NCBI GenBank assembly: GCA_964016885.1 | Contig: OZ024743.1 | Coordinates: 292,454,001-292,518,000 of the forward strand | Origin: Eledone cirrhosa | Lineage: Eukaryota | Length of the DNA stretch: 64,000 nucleotides | Reading direction: 5' to 3' | Shown: positions 13,872-28,774 of the stretch, piece by piece | How the letters are laid out: each line of letters starts with the position of its first letter | Numbering within the stretch: position 1 is the first letter of the stretch | Made by a program: the position numbers and the translations under genes | Notes under the pieces: generated by a model | What the model was told of the DNA's origin: nothing | Database searches by the model: none | The model's input: the letters and a program-made list of their open reading frames with translations, nothing else

Positions 13872-14125
13872 GTATGTATGTGTGTGTGTGTGTTTGTATG
13901 TGTATATATTTGTTTATGTGTGTATATATATATATGTGTATGTGTATGTATGTATATATGTATGTGGTGATATATATGAATGTGTGTATATATATATATA
14001 TGTATATGTGTATATATATGTGTGTGTGTGTTTGTGTGTATGTGTGTGTATATGTATATATATATGTGTGTGTATGGGTTTTTTTTAATATATATATATA
14101 TGTATATATATATATGTGTGTGCAT

Positions 14126-14173
<48 letters not shown>

Positions 14174-14208
14174 GTGTATGTGTGTATGTGTGTATGTGTA
14201 TATATATA

Positions 14209-14249
<41 letters not shown>

Positions 14250-14440
14250 ATATGTGTCTGTGTATGTGTATGTATATATGTCTATATGTATTTGTGTGTA
14301 TATGTATACACATGTATATTTGTGTTTGTATGTATGCGTGTGAGTGTATTTATTTGTGTATATATGTGTGTGTGTGTATGTATGTGTATGTGTGTGTTTG
14401 TGTATATATATATATATGTGTGTGTATATATGTGTATATA

Positions 14441-14491
<51 letters not shown>

Positions 14492-15090
14492 GTATGTGTG
14501 TATGTATGTGTGTGTACATGAATATATTTTTATATATGTGTGTGTGTTTTTATGTGTGTATATGTGTTTGTGTGTGTGTTTATGGTTGTGCGTAAGTGTG
14601 TGAGTGAGTATGTGTTTTTTTGTTTTTTTGTGAACGTGTCTGTTGATTTTTGGCATATAGTTGATTAGTTTAAGAGAAGTTCGAAGATAATAGTAAGATA
14701 TGCACTCAGTATTTTGAATCTGTCTGCAGAATTCTCTAGACCTTTGTCACTTAGTAGAACCTTAATGATTTTAGCTTTTAAAGAATCTCCCTTTTCTTTA
14801 ATTCTATCGACCATGACTGACCCCCCACTGATTTTATAGACATCTGTTAGCTTAAGAGAAACTTAATGACAAGGAATGGTAGGCCATCCGGAACCTGTTT
14901 ATAGAATTCTGTCTGCCCTTGTTACTCTAAAAACATAAATAAATAAAAATAAAAATAAACTATAGCTTTGTAGAATTAGCTTTTAATGAATTCCCTTTTC
15001 TATCAACCAATGACCTGCACCCATCCCACTCCCCACCCTCTCCTACCACTTGTAGAGACCTATAAATACCATATTTATTTTTTGATACCC

Positions 15091-15141
15091 AGATTCCTGA
15101 TGATTTCTAATGAATGAAACAGTTCTAGTCCTGTAGAATCT
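15091..15141 (+). ncRNA. Type I hammerhead ribozyme (family 1, pLTR)
   Basis: agattc-CTGATGA-tttctaatgaat-GAAAC-ag-ttctagtc-ct-GTA-gaatct. Confidence 0.87.
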
Positions 15142-15223
15142 CATCTATATTAAAACTTTTATACTCTGCTATGTATTGAGTACCTTACTTACTGTGGTTA
15201 CCTCCGATTCAACCCGGAATAAC

Positions 15224-15307
<84 letters not shown>

Positions 15308-15320
15308 GTATATATATACA

Positions 15321-15513
<193 letters not shown>

Positions 15514-16057
15514 AAGGAAAAGAGAAGTAGTTTCAGATGTTCAAGTCCTTTAATAATGCTGTGGGCCAGTCCCGCGAAATCGTCAGACAGCTTGTTACAT
15601 AATAAGGTTATGTTTCCGAGGCAATCCAAATTGAATCGACATGGGAACGGACGAAGTATGTGCTTTTGGGTTCTTCATACGTTCCCATGTGAGTACCAAT
15701 TCACCCCCCACTGGTCTGCGCAGGCGCAGCTTCAGGGGGAAGTTGACCATTAGCTACCGCAGATTTAAACGAAATTCGCTTTGTCAGTTCCCTCTCTCAG
15801 CCAGACAATGACCCATTCAAGCCTGCACCATAGTTTACTGCTACCCATCCCGTCTGTGTTCGTCAGCCGAAAGCCAGTGGGGATGGGAAAGTGTTAGTAT
15901 TTACAGGTCTCTTTACGACCTCTTTTCCTTATCCGATATTTACTCCGTCACTCTTATGTGCAATAAGTACGTTGAGTGCTTGATTTGAATTGCATCAATA
16001 TTTACCCTAAGTATATATATATATATATGTGTGTGTGTGTATATATATATATGTATT

Positions 16058-16551
<494 letters not shown>

Positions 16552-16636
16552 TTAATATATATATATACATATATATATATATGAAAGACGTAAAATAAGA
16601 AAATTTTAAAAAATGAACTTACTTACTAAAATTTTC

Positions 16637-16717
16637 ACTCCAACTAATTAGTTTCTGTAAGGGAATAAATATGATTAACAACGCAACCATAGAGAAATCC
16701 TTGCGTCATCAGGGAGT
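16637..16717 (-). ncRNA. Type I hammerhead ribozyme (family 4)
   Basis: rc: actcc-CTGATGA-cgcaagg..ccttaca-GAAAC-taatta-GTT-ggagt. Confidence 0.78.
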
Positions 16718-16982
16718 CTATTCTCAGCTAAGTTCCCAGGTAATGCGTGGACACAAGGAACTCATATAAAAATAATTCAGTGGATGGAAGAAAGCGAGCG
16801 GGGACTAAATTCTAGGGCACAGAAAAAATTCACTTCCTACTTGGTCAGTGGCAAACTCTAAAGAATCAATCACGTGACACTGAGTTTAATCAGTGAATTA
16901 TTTTTATATGCGTTCCTTGTGTCCACGCATTGCCTGGGAACTTAGCTGAGAATAGACTCTCTGCCTACTTAGCTGAGAATAG

Positions 16983-17065
16983 ACTTCCTGATGACGAAAG
17001 GCCTTCTTCATGTGTTCCATTCGGAAACCATGTTTATTCCCTTTCAGAAACTAATTAGTTGGAGT
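16983..17065 (+). ncRNA. Type I hammerhead ribozyme (family 4)
   Basis: acttc-CTGATGA-cgaaagg..cctttca-GAAAC-taatta-GTT-ggagt. Confidence 0.8.
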
Positions 17066-17511
17066 GAAATTTTAGTAAGTAAGTTAATTTTTATAATTTT
17101 CTTATTTTACGTCTTTCATATAATTGTTCTGCAACCCCTTGCATTGAAGCACAAAGTTACTAAGACAAAACCTATATATTTGCTAGAATAGGTATGCATC
17201 TGTATATATATGTTGGTAGATATACTAATTCTTTATAATTATCTCCAAATTATTTTGTTGAGCAAAAATTTGCCAAAACTGCTACTATAGTTCATAGTAA
17301 TAGTTCGGCAACTGTCTTCTTACACCCCACTCCTCACAGATTAACCTCAATGTCACGTGATTGATTCTTTTGAATTTGCCACCGACCAAGTAGGCAGTGA
17401 TTTTTTCAATGTCTTGGAATTTAGTCCACGCTTGCCTTTTTCCATCCACTGAATTATTTTTGTATAAGTTCCCTGTGTCCACGCATTGCCTGGGAACTTA
17501 GCTGAGAATAG

Positions 17512-17594
17512 ACTTCCTGATGACGAAAGGCCTTCTCCATGTGTTCCATTCGAAAACCATGTTTATTCCCTTTCAGAAAGTAATTAGCTGGAGT
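17512..17594 (+). ncRNA. Mutated hammerhead copy (family 4)
   Basis: 529 bp after the previous copy, but reads GAAAG-taatta-GCT; U16.1 is lost, so probably inactive. Confidence 0.6.
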
Positions 17595-17640
17595 GAAATT
17601 TTAGTAAGTAAGTTAATTTTTATAATTTTCTTATTTTACG

Positions 17641-17751
<111 letters not shown>

Positions 17752-17945
17752 TCAGGTTTGAGGTTCACCACTGTATAGAGCTGGTCTATTCCGTATGGTC
17801 AATCGTAATGCAATAATATAGAGAGTACTCAACGTAAGGCAGTTCAACCGTCTTTGTTTTTGTAGTTGGTGGTGCTATTACGGAGTTAAATATTATAATG
17901 AAATGACAGGAGGCTGGATTTGTGTAAATCCTTGAAAGGTTTATT

Positions 17946-18003
17946 ATACTATGATCATTTCAATGACCGGGTTCCGTATGAATCCGGTGATATCATCAGG
18001 TAT
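17946..18003 (-). ncRNA. Type I hammerhead ribozyme (family 5)
   Basis: rc: atac-CTGATGA-tatcaccgg..ccggtcatt-GAAA-tgatca-TA-gtat; palindromic ATGATCAT stem III. Confidence 0.75.
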
Positions 18004-18697
18004 TCGAAATATAATACGTGAATGTAATAGATAAAATCCATGGGGCTGAAAATCGAGGACCCGAGGGCGACCGCTATTCTGTTCCTTCAACCTCAGCCGG
18101 TCGCCCTCGAGTGACGTGGCTAAAGTTTATAGTATGCTACTACCGGTCAGATAAACGAAAACAGAAAGGGATGGGAACATAAGGTAGCGTCAATCTCATG
18201 ACACAAGGTAAAAGAAAGGAAGAAAGGAAGGTGAGAGAAGAAGGGGGAAGAAAGAAGAAGAGAAGCCAGAGTTAATGTCAGCTAAAAGAAGAAAGGCAAC
18301 TACTACCGGTCAGATATAGGCAAGCAAGAGGGTGAAGGAAGATAAGTCTGCGGGAGGAAGACAGGAAGAGGGGAGAAGAGAAGGAAGAGAAGAGAGAAGT
18401 AGAAAAGTAAGGGTTGATGGCTACAAGAAGGAAGATAGAAAGAAAGAGGAAGAAATGTCGGTATTAATGTCAGACAACAGTCATGTCAGGAGTGGCGCGA
18501 GAACATTTTTACAGGGACCCGCATCTTAGCAGAGGTGAATATATTGGGAGTCAGTGTGTTACAATGTTTAGACTTCTAGGATGAAGTTAAAAAAATTAAT
18601 AATCAATATTCAATATTAAAGAGGTTAGAAAATTTAAAGTTCAACAGTTTAACATTTTCAGGTTGATATATGTAATAGTTCCGATTTGTTCTGTAAT

Positions 18698-19215
18698 TTA
18701 AAGGTACTATGTGGCGGTTAAAACACAAATAATCAAATTAAATTAATTCAACAGTTAAACACACATAGGAAAAATAAAGTTGTTACCAAAGAGCCAGAAT
18801 ATTGACATGTCAACTCTAAATATGATTAATAGCTCTAGGACAGCCATGAACGACTGCATATCTTTTAAACTTGAAAGTAGGTTTATAATTATTAATTTTC
18901 ATTTTACTTTTGTAGCTGTCTCAGTGGCCTAGTTGGAAGAATCATAGATAGTGGCAATCCTGGTCTGAAGTTCCATCCTAGTCGGGAGAAGTGTTCTCTG
19001 TAAAAAATTTTCAGGATGCAAAATATAAACTGAAAAATATTACATGTACCTCTCGACCAGTATTGAGACCAGGATCTCCACCGTCTCTAGTATCTACGAC
19101 TAGTCCACTAAGACAACTACGGAAATCTTATAAAAATTCATACTTAAAACCTACTTTCAAAATCTTCAAAACAAAATGATGTGGTGTCCTTCATGTCTTT
19201 CTTAATGTTATTGCT
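18698..19215. mobile_element. Imperfect palindromic MITE-like relic containing two convergent tRNA-like units
   Basis: 18912-18990 is homologous to the rc of 19042-19120; outer IR ttgaaagtaggttt/aaacctactttcaa. Confidence 0.5.
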
Positions 19216-19561
19216 CCAACATGAGATCGACTTCTAAATCATATATATGATTTGTTTGTTAAAATAATATATATATATATAGAGAGAGAGAGAGTGAAAG
19301 ACCAAAGGTCATTATGGAAAGTTTCTGGATTTCGCAAAATATATAATATTTTTTATTGGAGAATGTAAGATATTTTTCCGAAAAATTTGATTGCACTGTT
19401 TTGTGTCCACTTATGTATACTTTGAAAATGTTATTTATTCATTATAAAAATTAAATGATAGCATTCTATATGTAGGTGGGCCCCACTTCATCACCTGGCA
19501 ACCAATATTTTTAGACCCAGTCTGCCGTACATATATATATATATACAGACACACACACACG

Positions 19562-19641
<80 letters not shown>

Positions 19642-19810
19642 TATATATATATATAAGATTAATGCTTGATATAGTAGGAAAAAGTATTAACATTTCGTAC
19701 ATTTGTCCTTCATCAGAAAATAGACTGAAAAATAAAAGATGAAATACAAAAAAAGGGAACGGAAAATAATGTCTTTTTAGAGAAACATGTGTGTATTCAG
19801 TCAGGCATTT

Positions 19811-19873
<63 letters not shown>

Positions 19874-20032
19874 TTCAGGTTATCAATAATGTAGTGATAA
19901 TATATCGTTACGTTAGAGATGAACAGCGTACGTGTAGGTTTGCTCAACGAGTATAAATTATATTCCGGAGAAAATGTAGAAAAGATGAATATAAAATGAA
20001 AGTGCTTTTTTTTTTAAAAGGAATTTATTAGG

Positions 20033-20150
20033 TATTGAGATATGTTTCTGTAACAGACGGAATACATATGTATCGCTGCTTGCGTAATCATATAATGTTA
20101 GCAAGTATTCGATAGCAAATGTATAATCAGTTGTCACTTCTTCAGAGATA
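20033..20150 (-). ncRNA. Hammerhead-like motif (family 6), stem III mutated
   Basis: rc of 20906-21023 with GAAAC-atat-CTC. Confidence 0.5.
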
Positions 20151-20905
20151 TTGGATAAATTGGAAATAATCAGAAAGATTGAAGTATTTATATTAGTTGT
20201 AATAAAGGAAGAAGAGTGGGGATAGTATATGACAGATGGCAATTCAATTTACTGGTAAACAAGTATATAAAGGGTTTCTAATGTGAATACAATGAGTATA
20301 TGGTTTATTTCATCTAAATCAGAATTTTTGGGAGTGCCTATTTTAATCTATACTTGACCAATTGAACAATGGACAGGGCTGGTCGTTTGGTGTAGTAGTA
20401 TTAATTATAAATTGTCAATTAAAGAAGAGGGAGATTTTCACTGCTACTGAATAACAACAATGCTGGTAGCCTGCTGGTATATGCATTAGGGAATTGAATT
20501 AAGAAATCTCATTTTAGCTATAGCAGTTTATATTAAATGGTAAAGAATAGAAGATTTGATAGAATTAAGACTAATAGAGAATGTTAATATGTATTTTGAC
20601 AATCAAACGGAGATGGAGACATGCGTTCAATCCTGGTAGTGTTTGTAATATGAAAATGTAGATTTTAAGCGATGAAAATCTCCCTCTTCCTTAATTGGTC
20701 AAGTATAAATTAAAATAGGCACTCCCAAACATTCTGATTCAGATAAAATAAACCATATACTCATTGTATTCTCATTAGAAACCCTTTATATAGTTGTTTA
20801 CCAGTAAATTGAATTGCCCTCTGTCATGTACTATCCCCACTCTTCTTCCTTTATTACAACTAATATAAATACTTCAATTTTTCTGATTTTTTCCAATTTA
20901 TCCAA

Positions 20906-21023
20906 TATCTCTGAAGAAGTGACAACTGATTATACATTTGCTATCGAATACTTGCTAACATTATATGATTACGCAAGCAGCGATACATAGGTATTCCGTC
21001 TGTTACAGAAACATATGTCAATA
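20906..21023 (+). ncRNA. Hammerhead motif with long stem II insertion (family 6)
   Basis: tatct-CTGAAGA-a-gtgaca[about 76 nt]tgttac-a-GAAAC-atat-GTC-aata; stem I is bulged. Confidence 0.62.
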
Positions 21024-21070
21024 CCTAATAAATTCCTTTTTTTAAAAAAAAGCACTTTCATGTTATATTC

Positions 21071-21118
<48 letters not shown>

Positions 21119-22846
21119 AGTGGAAATGTACATAAGTCTATTTAAAGAAACTCTTTCTCTTTTATACAAGACAGTCTTATCAAATGATAATTAACTTATT
21201 AAGAAATTCTGTTCTCATATTTTGCCAGCTATTGAAGAATTAATCAACAAATTATGAGGACACAATTTATTAACATCAATTAAATACCATTTGATTAGTT
21301 TGTCTGGTTTTAAATGAGAAGAGATTCTTTAAATGTACTTCTGGCTTTTTCCAGCTATATATTTTACCTTTTTTCTATAAACAAATTACATATTTAAATT
21401 TAAAAGATAAAATTTAAAAACTTATCAACCTTTTGGTATAAAACAAATCTAACAACAATAGGAAGAACAGAAATGGGTAAAGTAAGGGAAAATGAGGTGG
21501 GTAAAATCGCATATAATCTTGGCATTATATCAGAGGTGTGTCCCTCGGGGAAAATGGCGAATGCATCGCCGCGACGAATAACTAGTGAAAACCGCTGCAG
21601 CATTTTACCTAAATTCTTTGATTATATCATTCATTCCTCTTTGTTCAATGATGAAGGTCATATCCAAACCACCCCTTTACAAACTTAGAACTAACCTCTA
21701 TTATCAGTCCTTCATATCCTGAACGTCTGCTCTCTCTTCGTTCAGCAGCTATTTAATCTGAAGTTAGTAACGGAAAAAATCCATTCATTCTCGATGTTAC
21801 TGAGAGGGTACAGGCACGGTACTCCACACATACCCCATTAAAACTACTACTAATCTAGCAGTCCAATTGTAATTAACATAATCTACTTTGCGTATCATAG
21901 GTGTTGACTGAGTTACAGAACACAGCAGACCACTCTACACATGGTAGATCAACTAATTCTCCATAATATCTCATCCTACCGAGTTGTAAATTGCAGGGCA
22001 TATTAAATATGCAAACTCACGGGATTGTCTGGGTTGGAATGCTTACGATAACAGACATGCTCGAACTGCGTTGAACTGCTGCCAAACAATAACACTGATA
22101 TCAACAACGTGCTGGTTATACAACGTTTTCGACAACTAAATTAGGTGAGAGAGGAATACGACACAAGATAAGTCATCATTCTCTGTCAAGTAACTCTAGA
22201 TAGCAATTAAGATTCGATTAAACTTTACTGGCTAACAAAACCGTTTTAATGTTGAAGCTTCGGAAATGTTCCCATGTAGAAAACTGTGAGATTCATTAAC
22301 AAACAAAATTATTCCCTTCCCAAATTGTTATTAGGAAAGAATGTACAATCGGGAAAGAGGACCGGTTATACGTAGAGAAAAATGAGAGCCCAAGTAGCAT
22401 TTACATATGAAATGATAAGCTCAGTTCATGTCGCATACGTGCTACCTATGTTTCAATTATTCAAATTTTGTAATTTTCTGTTCAGACATATCACTTGTTT
22501 CAAATATCTTGAACCTCTCGTCGCATTTATATGTGTTTCGTTAGTCCAGCGTCAATTATAACGCCTACATGTATAACATTCTCATGTATGTGCGATTCAT
22601 TGGGCAAAACATCAGAAAATAATAATTTTAAATAATTTCAAAAGTGTGTTTTGAGTGTGTGTTTGTGTGTGTGTGTATGTATGTGTGTATCTGTAGGTGT
22701 AGGTGTAGGTGTGTAAGTAATGTGCAACATTATTAGGATGATATCATTCAATATATATATATATATATCGTTTCTGAATTTGTTTAGCAAGATTCTTTAT
22801 CTGAAATCGTGTGTTTCTTATTGGCAACATGACCCTCCCAAAGTAT

Positions 22847-22927
<81 letters not shown>

Positions 22928-24150
22928 GCGTTTACGATTTTGCTTCATTTTTCTATTAAGACACTCCCTTGTTTTCCCATGTCTGTATGTTGTTGATTTG
23001 TTCAAGTCATTGTGAAACACATGCTTAATATTAAGCAATACCTCCTTTTTATGCACGCAATTGCATTGCCCAGGGGGGTGTCTAACGAGGCAGTTGGATG
23101 CTTTTATGCATTCGTTCTATATGCTTCGATTTCTTCTGTATGTTTTATATGTGTATGTAGTTGTATAAATATCTATATCTATCTATATATATATATGTGC
23201 GTGCATGAGTGTTTGTGTGTGTGTGTGCGTGTGCGTGTGTGCCTGTGTGTGTGTGACTGTGTGTGTGTTTGTGTGTGTATAGATACATAAATACACAGAG
23301 AGTTAAAGAAACTTTCAAATAAATAAGCTTGCACACGCAGTCCTTCGGGTAAGGTAAAACTGTGAAATCCAATTGCATAGTTTGGCAAACTACAGCAAAA
23401 CATATCAGAAAAAAATATAATTTGCGAGTAAGAAATTTTGGCCGTCCGTCTAAATATTATTTGTTCCAACTGTGATGACGCACGTTTATATTTGGTTACT
23501 GTACAAACAGAAGAGTAGGAACAGCCTGTGTGTAGGCATGGTGTGATGTAGGAGGTGAGTGCTTAAAACTTTGGACGTGATCACCGATTCATCATGTCTT
23601 CCGACAGACTCCAGATTCCTCCAGGCAACAAACAAATAAACAAACGCATAATATTGATAATAATAAATAAATTTGGCAAAACTAACAAAAATACGAATTG
23701 ACAAAAATACAATAAACGAAGAGAGTTCTTCCATAGCAACGAATTTCTTAGCAACAGCTCGTCCTTTCATTGAAATCAAAACAATATAAAAAGAAGTAAA
23801 AATATAAAAACAATATTGCAAAAATACTAGAAAAAAGACTGGCGGGAAGGGGAGGTAACAGTGAACAAATATGAACAACGGGCATTTTGACACAGACTGT
23901 TTTGAGTCAGCAAAAGACAAACTATTAAACATGAGACAAAGTGGAAGTAGTGAATTATATTGAGATGGTTTACAAAAAATCTATAGTTAATAAACAAAAT
24001 TTAAAGGGCTTCTACGTGATATTCAAGGAAAGGATGTGAAGGAAGCAAATGTGAAATGGGAATAGGATTTTATTAAATTGAGAAAAAATGTATTTCACTC
24101 ATATGCGTGTGTGGTTAAAATATATTTATATATGTGTTTGTTTTTAGGTG

Positions 24151-24190
<40 letters not shown>

Positions 24191-24244
24191 TATATAGGCA
24201 TATACATATACATACAAACATTTATACACACAAGCACACATATG

Positions 24245-24347
<103 letters not shown>

Positions 24348-24525
24348 ATGTGTGTGTGATTGTGTGTGTGTAAAGAGAATGGAGGGAATGAAGAGAGGCA
24401 GATGAAGTCATTAAGCAAGGCGAATTTCAAATCTAGTGCAATAGACGGTGATAAATATATATGTATATATATATATGTATGTGTGTGGGTGTGTGTGCGA
24501 ATCTGTCAATGTGTGTATATGGTGT

Positions 24526-24593
<68 letters not shown>

Positions 24594-24627
24594 TACACAC
24601 ACACACACGCACGCACGCACGCACACG

Positions 24628-24674
<47 letters not shown>

Positions 24675-24685
24675 GCACGCACACA

Positions 24686-24822
<137 letters not shown>

Positions 24823-25062
24823 TATTCATATTTATTACATCGGTGTCTAAACCTTGCAATACAGTACGTCGAAGCTAGAATCAAAACCCTATTAGACGTG
24901 AAGATCATTAAGTATAGGCCTTAATGTTTACGAAAATTATGGGTCCATGATATTTTCTTCCAAACTTTTAATCAGGATTATTGATGAAATGCTGCACGAA
25001 GTTTTAGTTTTGTTGAATTTGTTTTGTTTTTGTTGCTATTGTTGTTCAAGATTATTGTCAGA

Positions 25063-25377
25063 TTAAAGGGAACACGTCTTTGATTTTTACTCTACAAGAT
25101 CTAAATTGAATTATAGTAAGGCTTGAGAAAAATTAGCACATTATAACAAGAATATAGCACGCAGAAAAAAACAACTCTTCTCTATTTTCGGAAACACGTC
25201 TTTAGTAATAACAGCAATTTCAATAATGATCGATTTCGATAGGATTCGAAATTAATTCAACGTTCCAGTTTGCATTTTGTTGTTGTAGTTTGTATTATTA
25301 TCTGTTCTTTGCTTTGTTTTGACTCGAATTTTTTATTTTTCGCAAAATCAACAAGAAATGAAGGCACGTTTCTTTAA
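25063..25377. mobile_element. Possible Kolobok-type MITE relic
   Basis: TTAA-bounded ends ttaaagggaacacgt / cacgtttctttaa with weak internal symmetry. Confidence 0.35.
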
Positions 25378-25939
25378 CCGGCGTGTTTGAATGTAAATAA
25401 ACTGGAACATATATAACTACTAGAAAACAGTATAACATCAAACGTTGCTTGGGCGCAGTTGGCTTTCTATTGCAAGTGGAAACGACGGGGCTAGACGAGA
25501 AAAATGTTAGATGGCTTCACAATCTTCCTTCATATCAATTACAGTAATACTTTGTTCAATAACAATCTAGCGAAATCAGCGTCAGGCCCGGGTTCCGTCG
25601 TCTGGCAGACTGAAAATCGCACGCTGGAAATATACAAACTCTTCGATAAGTTTACCGTCGAAATCATATCATTAGATACATATAGCATCCTGTTTCCTCA
25701 ATCACCTGCTTACTTAATGGGATTAAGGAATAGTTTGCCACCGGAAGAACGAGCCATTTCGTCTTGCTTGGATCGTTCAGTGCATCTACCATGCCATCCA
25801 TGGGACAAATTAAGTATATGGCTCATATAGGCCTGTATTTGAATGCAGAAAGTAAATAACCGGGAAAATACTGCGGGGAATCAAGTTAAGTGCTCTAAAT
25901 ATTACGAAAATCCATCATTCAGGACATCTACATTATTGA

Positions 25940-26100
25940 CCTGTTACGGTCTGAGTTCAAATCGCGCCGAAGTTAACTTTACCTTTCATCCTTACGGAGG
26001 TCGATAAAATAAAGCACCAGTAGTGCACTGGGGTATATTTAATCGACTTTCCCCTCCCTCAAAATTGTCGGCCTTGTGCCTAACTCAGAAATCATTATTT
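25940..26100 (+). mobile_element. tRNA-derived SINE (abundant octopus-like family)
   Basis: B-box gagttcaaatc followed by aactttacctttcatcct..ggtcgataaaataaagcaccagt..ggccttgtgcc; related copies at about 29160-29300 (+), 27300-27445 (-) and 50780-50955 (-). Confidence 0.65.
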
Positions 26101-27683
26101 TATCGATCACGATAAGACAAGTTTAATTTCGGTGGGATTTGAACTCAGGGTGCAACAAGCCGTTATAAATTCTCTATGCTCTAATTAATTACCTATTCCC
26201 CGTCTATATAATGTAAATATGGATGGGTGGTCAGGACTGGAATGTCACTCCAATACTATGTTTGCGCAATCGGCGCAATATAAGAGAAAACAACAGTAAT
26301 ACCATTTGTGTCCACGACATCTGTATGACGATTTCTGTGGACGTAGCCTGGTTGAATGTTTAAGATGTTCGATTCACCATCATACAGTCTAGATTCGATC
26401 CCTCTGTAGAGCAGTTTGGGCAAACGCCATTTACTGTACACTACGGTCGACCCACGCTTTCTGAATCAAATTTGGTTTAATTGTGTGAAAGCCAGTTAGA
26501 TCGACATTACTTGCTGTAATTCAGAGGGGCTGATTTGTCACAGAGTCTATCTCACTGAATCTTCCTGGGAATGTCTTTAAAGACAGAAGTGAACAAGCAT
26601 TTCACGAGCAGGTTTTTCCGTTGATTAAACAACTGAAACGTTCATATTATTAAACGATGTATATCCATTACATTGAACGTTTCCAAAGAATTTATATGTA
26701 AACATAAAAGACAGAAAACACAATGGGGAAAAAATCTAAGCAAATAAATAAATATTAACAAGCTTTTGTGTATGTAATTATGCAATGCTTCTATGTAATG
26801 TAAATGACAAACTTTTATGTTTTATTCGTTGCTATGGTGAAATTAAGTCACTTACTTGTCTGTAATACAATTATTTTACAGATATACTGTATTTACGATC
26901 TAACTCTCGCTATATCTGACCGGAGTGAATTTAGATTAATGTTTACGTTTATAAAGAAAATAAATTTAAAATTAAAATCAACAGAATACAAAAGAATCTA
27001 TGGCGATTAAGATACAAATATGGTAGGGTGGAATGCAAGTTGAAGTTATTATATCTGAGAGTTCAAGGATGATGTTATTTCGTTATATATGCCTTTTCGT
27101 AAAAGAATAAGTATGTGTAAGTATGTTGTATGAGCGCTTAATTCCTGAGGGACACGTAAGGGCGCCATATTGATATAAGGCGTTTCTATGGCAATGTTAA
27201 AGCTGGCAGAGTCCATCTTCTCTCGACGTTTTAATACAACAGATTTCTTCCAGAGAAGGATAGAAAGTGAGAGAAATGAAGTGAGAAAGAGATGTAGAAG
27301 AATACTCGACCCTAGAACACTAGACTGGTAGTTTTTCAACGACCTTAAAATGATAAAAGGAACGGTTTATCTCGGCAAGATTTGAAATCAGAGATCAAAG
27401 AATCGGACCGAATACTGCAAATCATTCAATCCAACGTTCTAACGCCTATGTGTAATTATTTATTCATACATGCCAACTCTACAATTACAGACACAGAAAC
27501 CATCACACACATATATACGCACTGTCTCACACATAGATAACCTCTAAAGATATTAGCCGTGGATGGTGATTTGCATATACAGCTCCATATTAAATCATGC
27601 TATGTTTGTGTTACTGCTAATTTATCCTAACCAGTCAAGTTCACCATTTATTCAAATGAGCATCCCCAGCAGATAATCATTTT

Positions 27684-27722
<39 letters not shown>

Positions 27723-27853
27723 ATACTTTGGGAGGGTCATGTTGCCAATAAGAAACACACGCACCAGTTGCTTTCACTTCAATTTATTATAATAAATTTA
27801 TAAATTTATAAACTTCTGGTTGGTTCCACAACCAGATAGTTGTTTATATATTG

Positions 27854-27894
27854 TCATAGTTCTTTCGTCACACACCCCGTGACCTCTTCAGTGA
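27854..27894 (-). ncRNA. Minimal hammerhead-like motif (family 2)
   Basis: Reverse complement of 28044-28084. Confidence 0.55.
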
Positions 27895-28043
27895 TTGGGG
27901 ATTCTTTTCTTTGTTTTTGTGACTCTCCTTTGTTCTGTCCTACGCCATTTTGTTTCTGTGTGTGTGTTCAACACACACACAGAAACAAAATGGCGTAGGA
28001 CAGAACAAAGGAGAGTCACAAAAACAAAGAAAAGAATCCCCAA

Positions 28044-28084
28044 TCACTGAAGAGGTCACGGGGTGTGTGACGAAAGAACTATGA
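28044..28084 (+). ncRNA. Minimal hammerhead-like motif (family 2)
   Basis: tca-CTGAAGA-g-gtcac-ggggtgt-gtgac-GAAAG-aa-CTA-tga. Confidence 0.58.
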
Positions 28085-28287
28085 CAATATATAAACAACT
28101 ATCTGGTTGTGGAACCAACCAACCAACCGGAAATTTATAAATTTATAAATTTATTATAATAAATTGAAGTGAAAGCAACTGGTGCGTGTGTTTCTTATTG
28201 GCAACATGACCCTCCCAAAGTATAACAATATCGGTTTCAACACACGATTTCAGATAAAGAATCTTGCTAAACAAATTCAGAAACGAA

Positions 28288-28372
<85 letters not shown>

Positions 28373-28397
28373 TTATTTCATATATATATATATATAT

Positions 28398-28471
28398 ACA
28401 TTATTTCAGGATATTTTCATCCATCATAAGCGCGGTTTTCTCATTCGTTATTGAGAGAGGAATAAACAATA

Positions 28472-28511
<40 letters not shown>

Positions 28512-28620
28512 TATTGTTTATTCCTCTCTCAATAACGAATGAGAAAACCGCGCTTATGATGGATGAAAATATCCTGAAATAATGTCTGGCGTTCTCACAT
28601 TGGTACTGAATAATTATGAC
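28398..28620. repeat. Fold-back palindrome around (TA)n containing a degenerate HHR
   Basis: 28399-28474 is the rc of 28509-28585; cgcg-CTTATGA-t-ggat..atcc-t-GAAA-taatg-TC-tggcg at 28549-28591. Confidence 0.7.
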
Positions 28621-28774
28621 TTCAACGCAGCTTATATTATCCACAGTGAAATCAATTTATATTTAAAATGTATATGAAACCGTAAACAACCTTATTAGAT
28701 ATAGATATGTGTGTGCGCGTGTGTGTGGGGGTCTGTGTTTGTGTGAGTGTGTGTGTTTGTGTGTGTGAATATGT

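Larger units (their letters stand above)
19870..21078. mobile_element. Inverted pair of PLE pLTRs (family 6)
   Basis: About 19985-20440 is the rc of about 20675-21078; the same sequence at 60105-60790 adjoins a GIY-YIG fragment. Confidence 0.8.
27717..28290. mobile_element. Near-perfect 250-bp-arm palindrome of an HHR family 2 element
   Basis: 27717-27968 is the rc of 27970-28228; centre near 27969; extra tail 28229-28290. Confidence 0.85.

Noticed and set aside
19686-19719. Minus-strand CTGATGA-aggacaaatgtac-GAAATGTT
   Set aside because: Probably a decayed HHR, but the stems are too weak to call.
21400-23932. Non-repetitive stretches with 60-148-aa ORFs as possible host exons
   Set aside because: No recognisable domains or consistent splice structure; probably old transposon debris.
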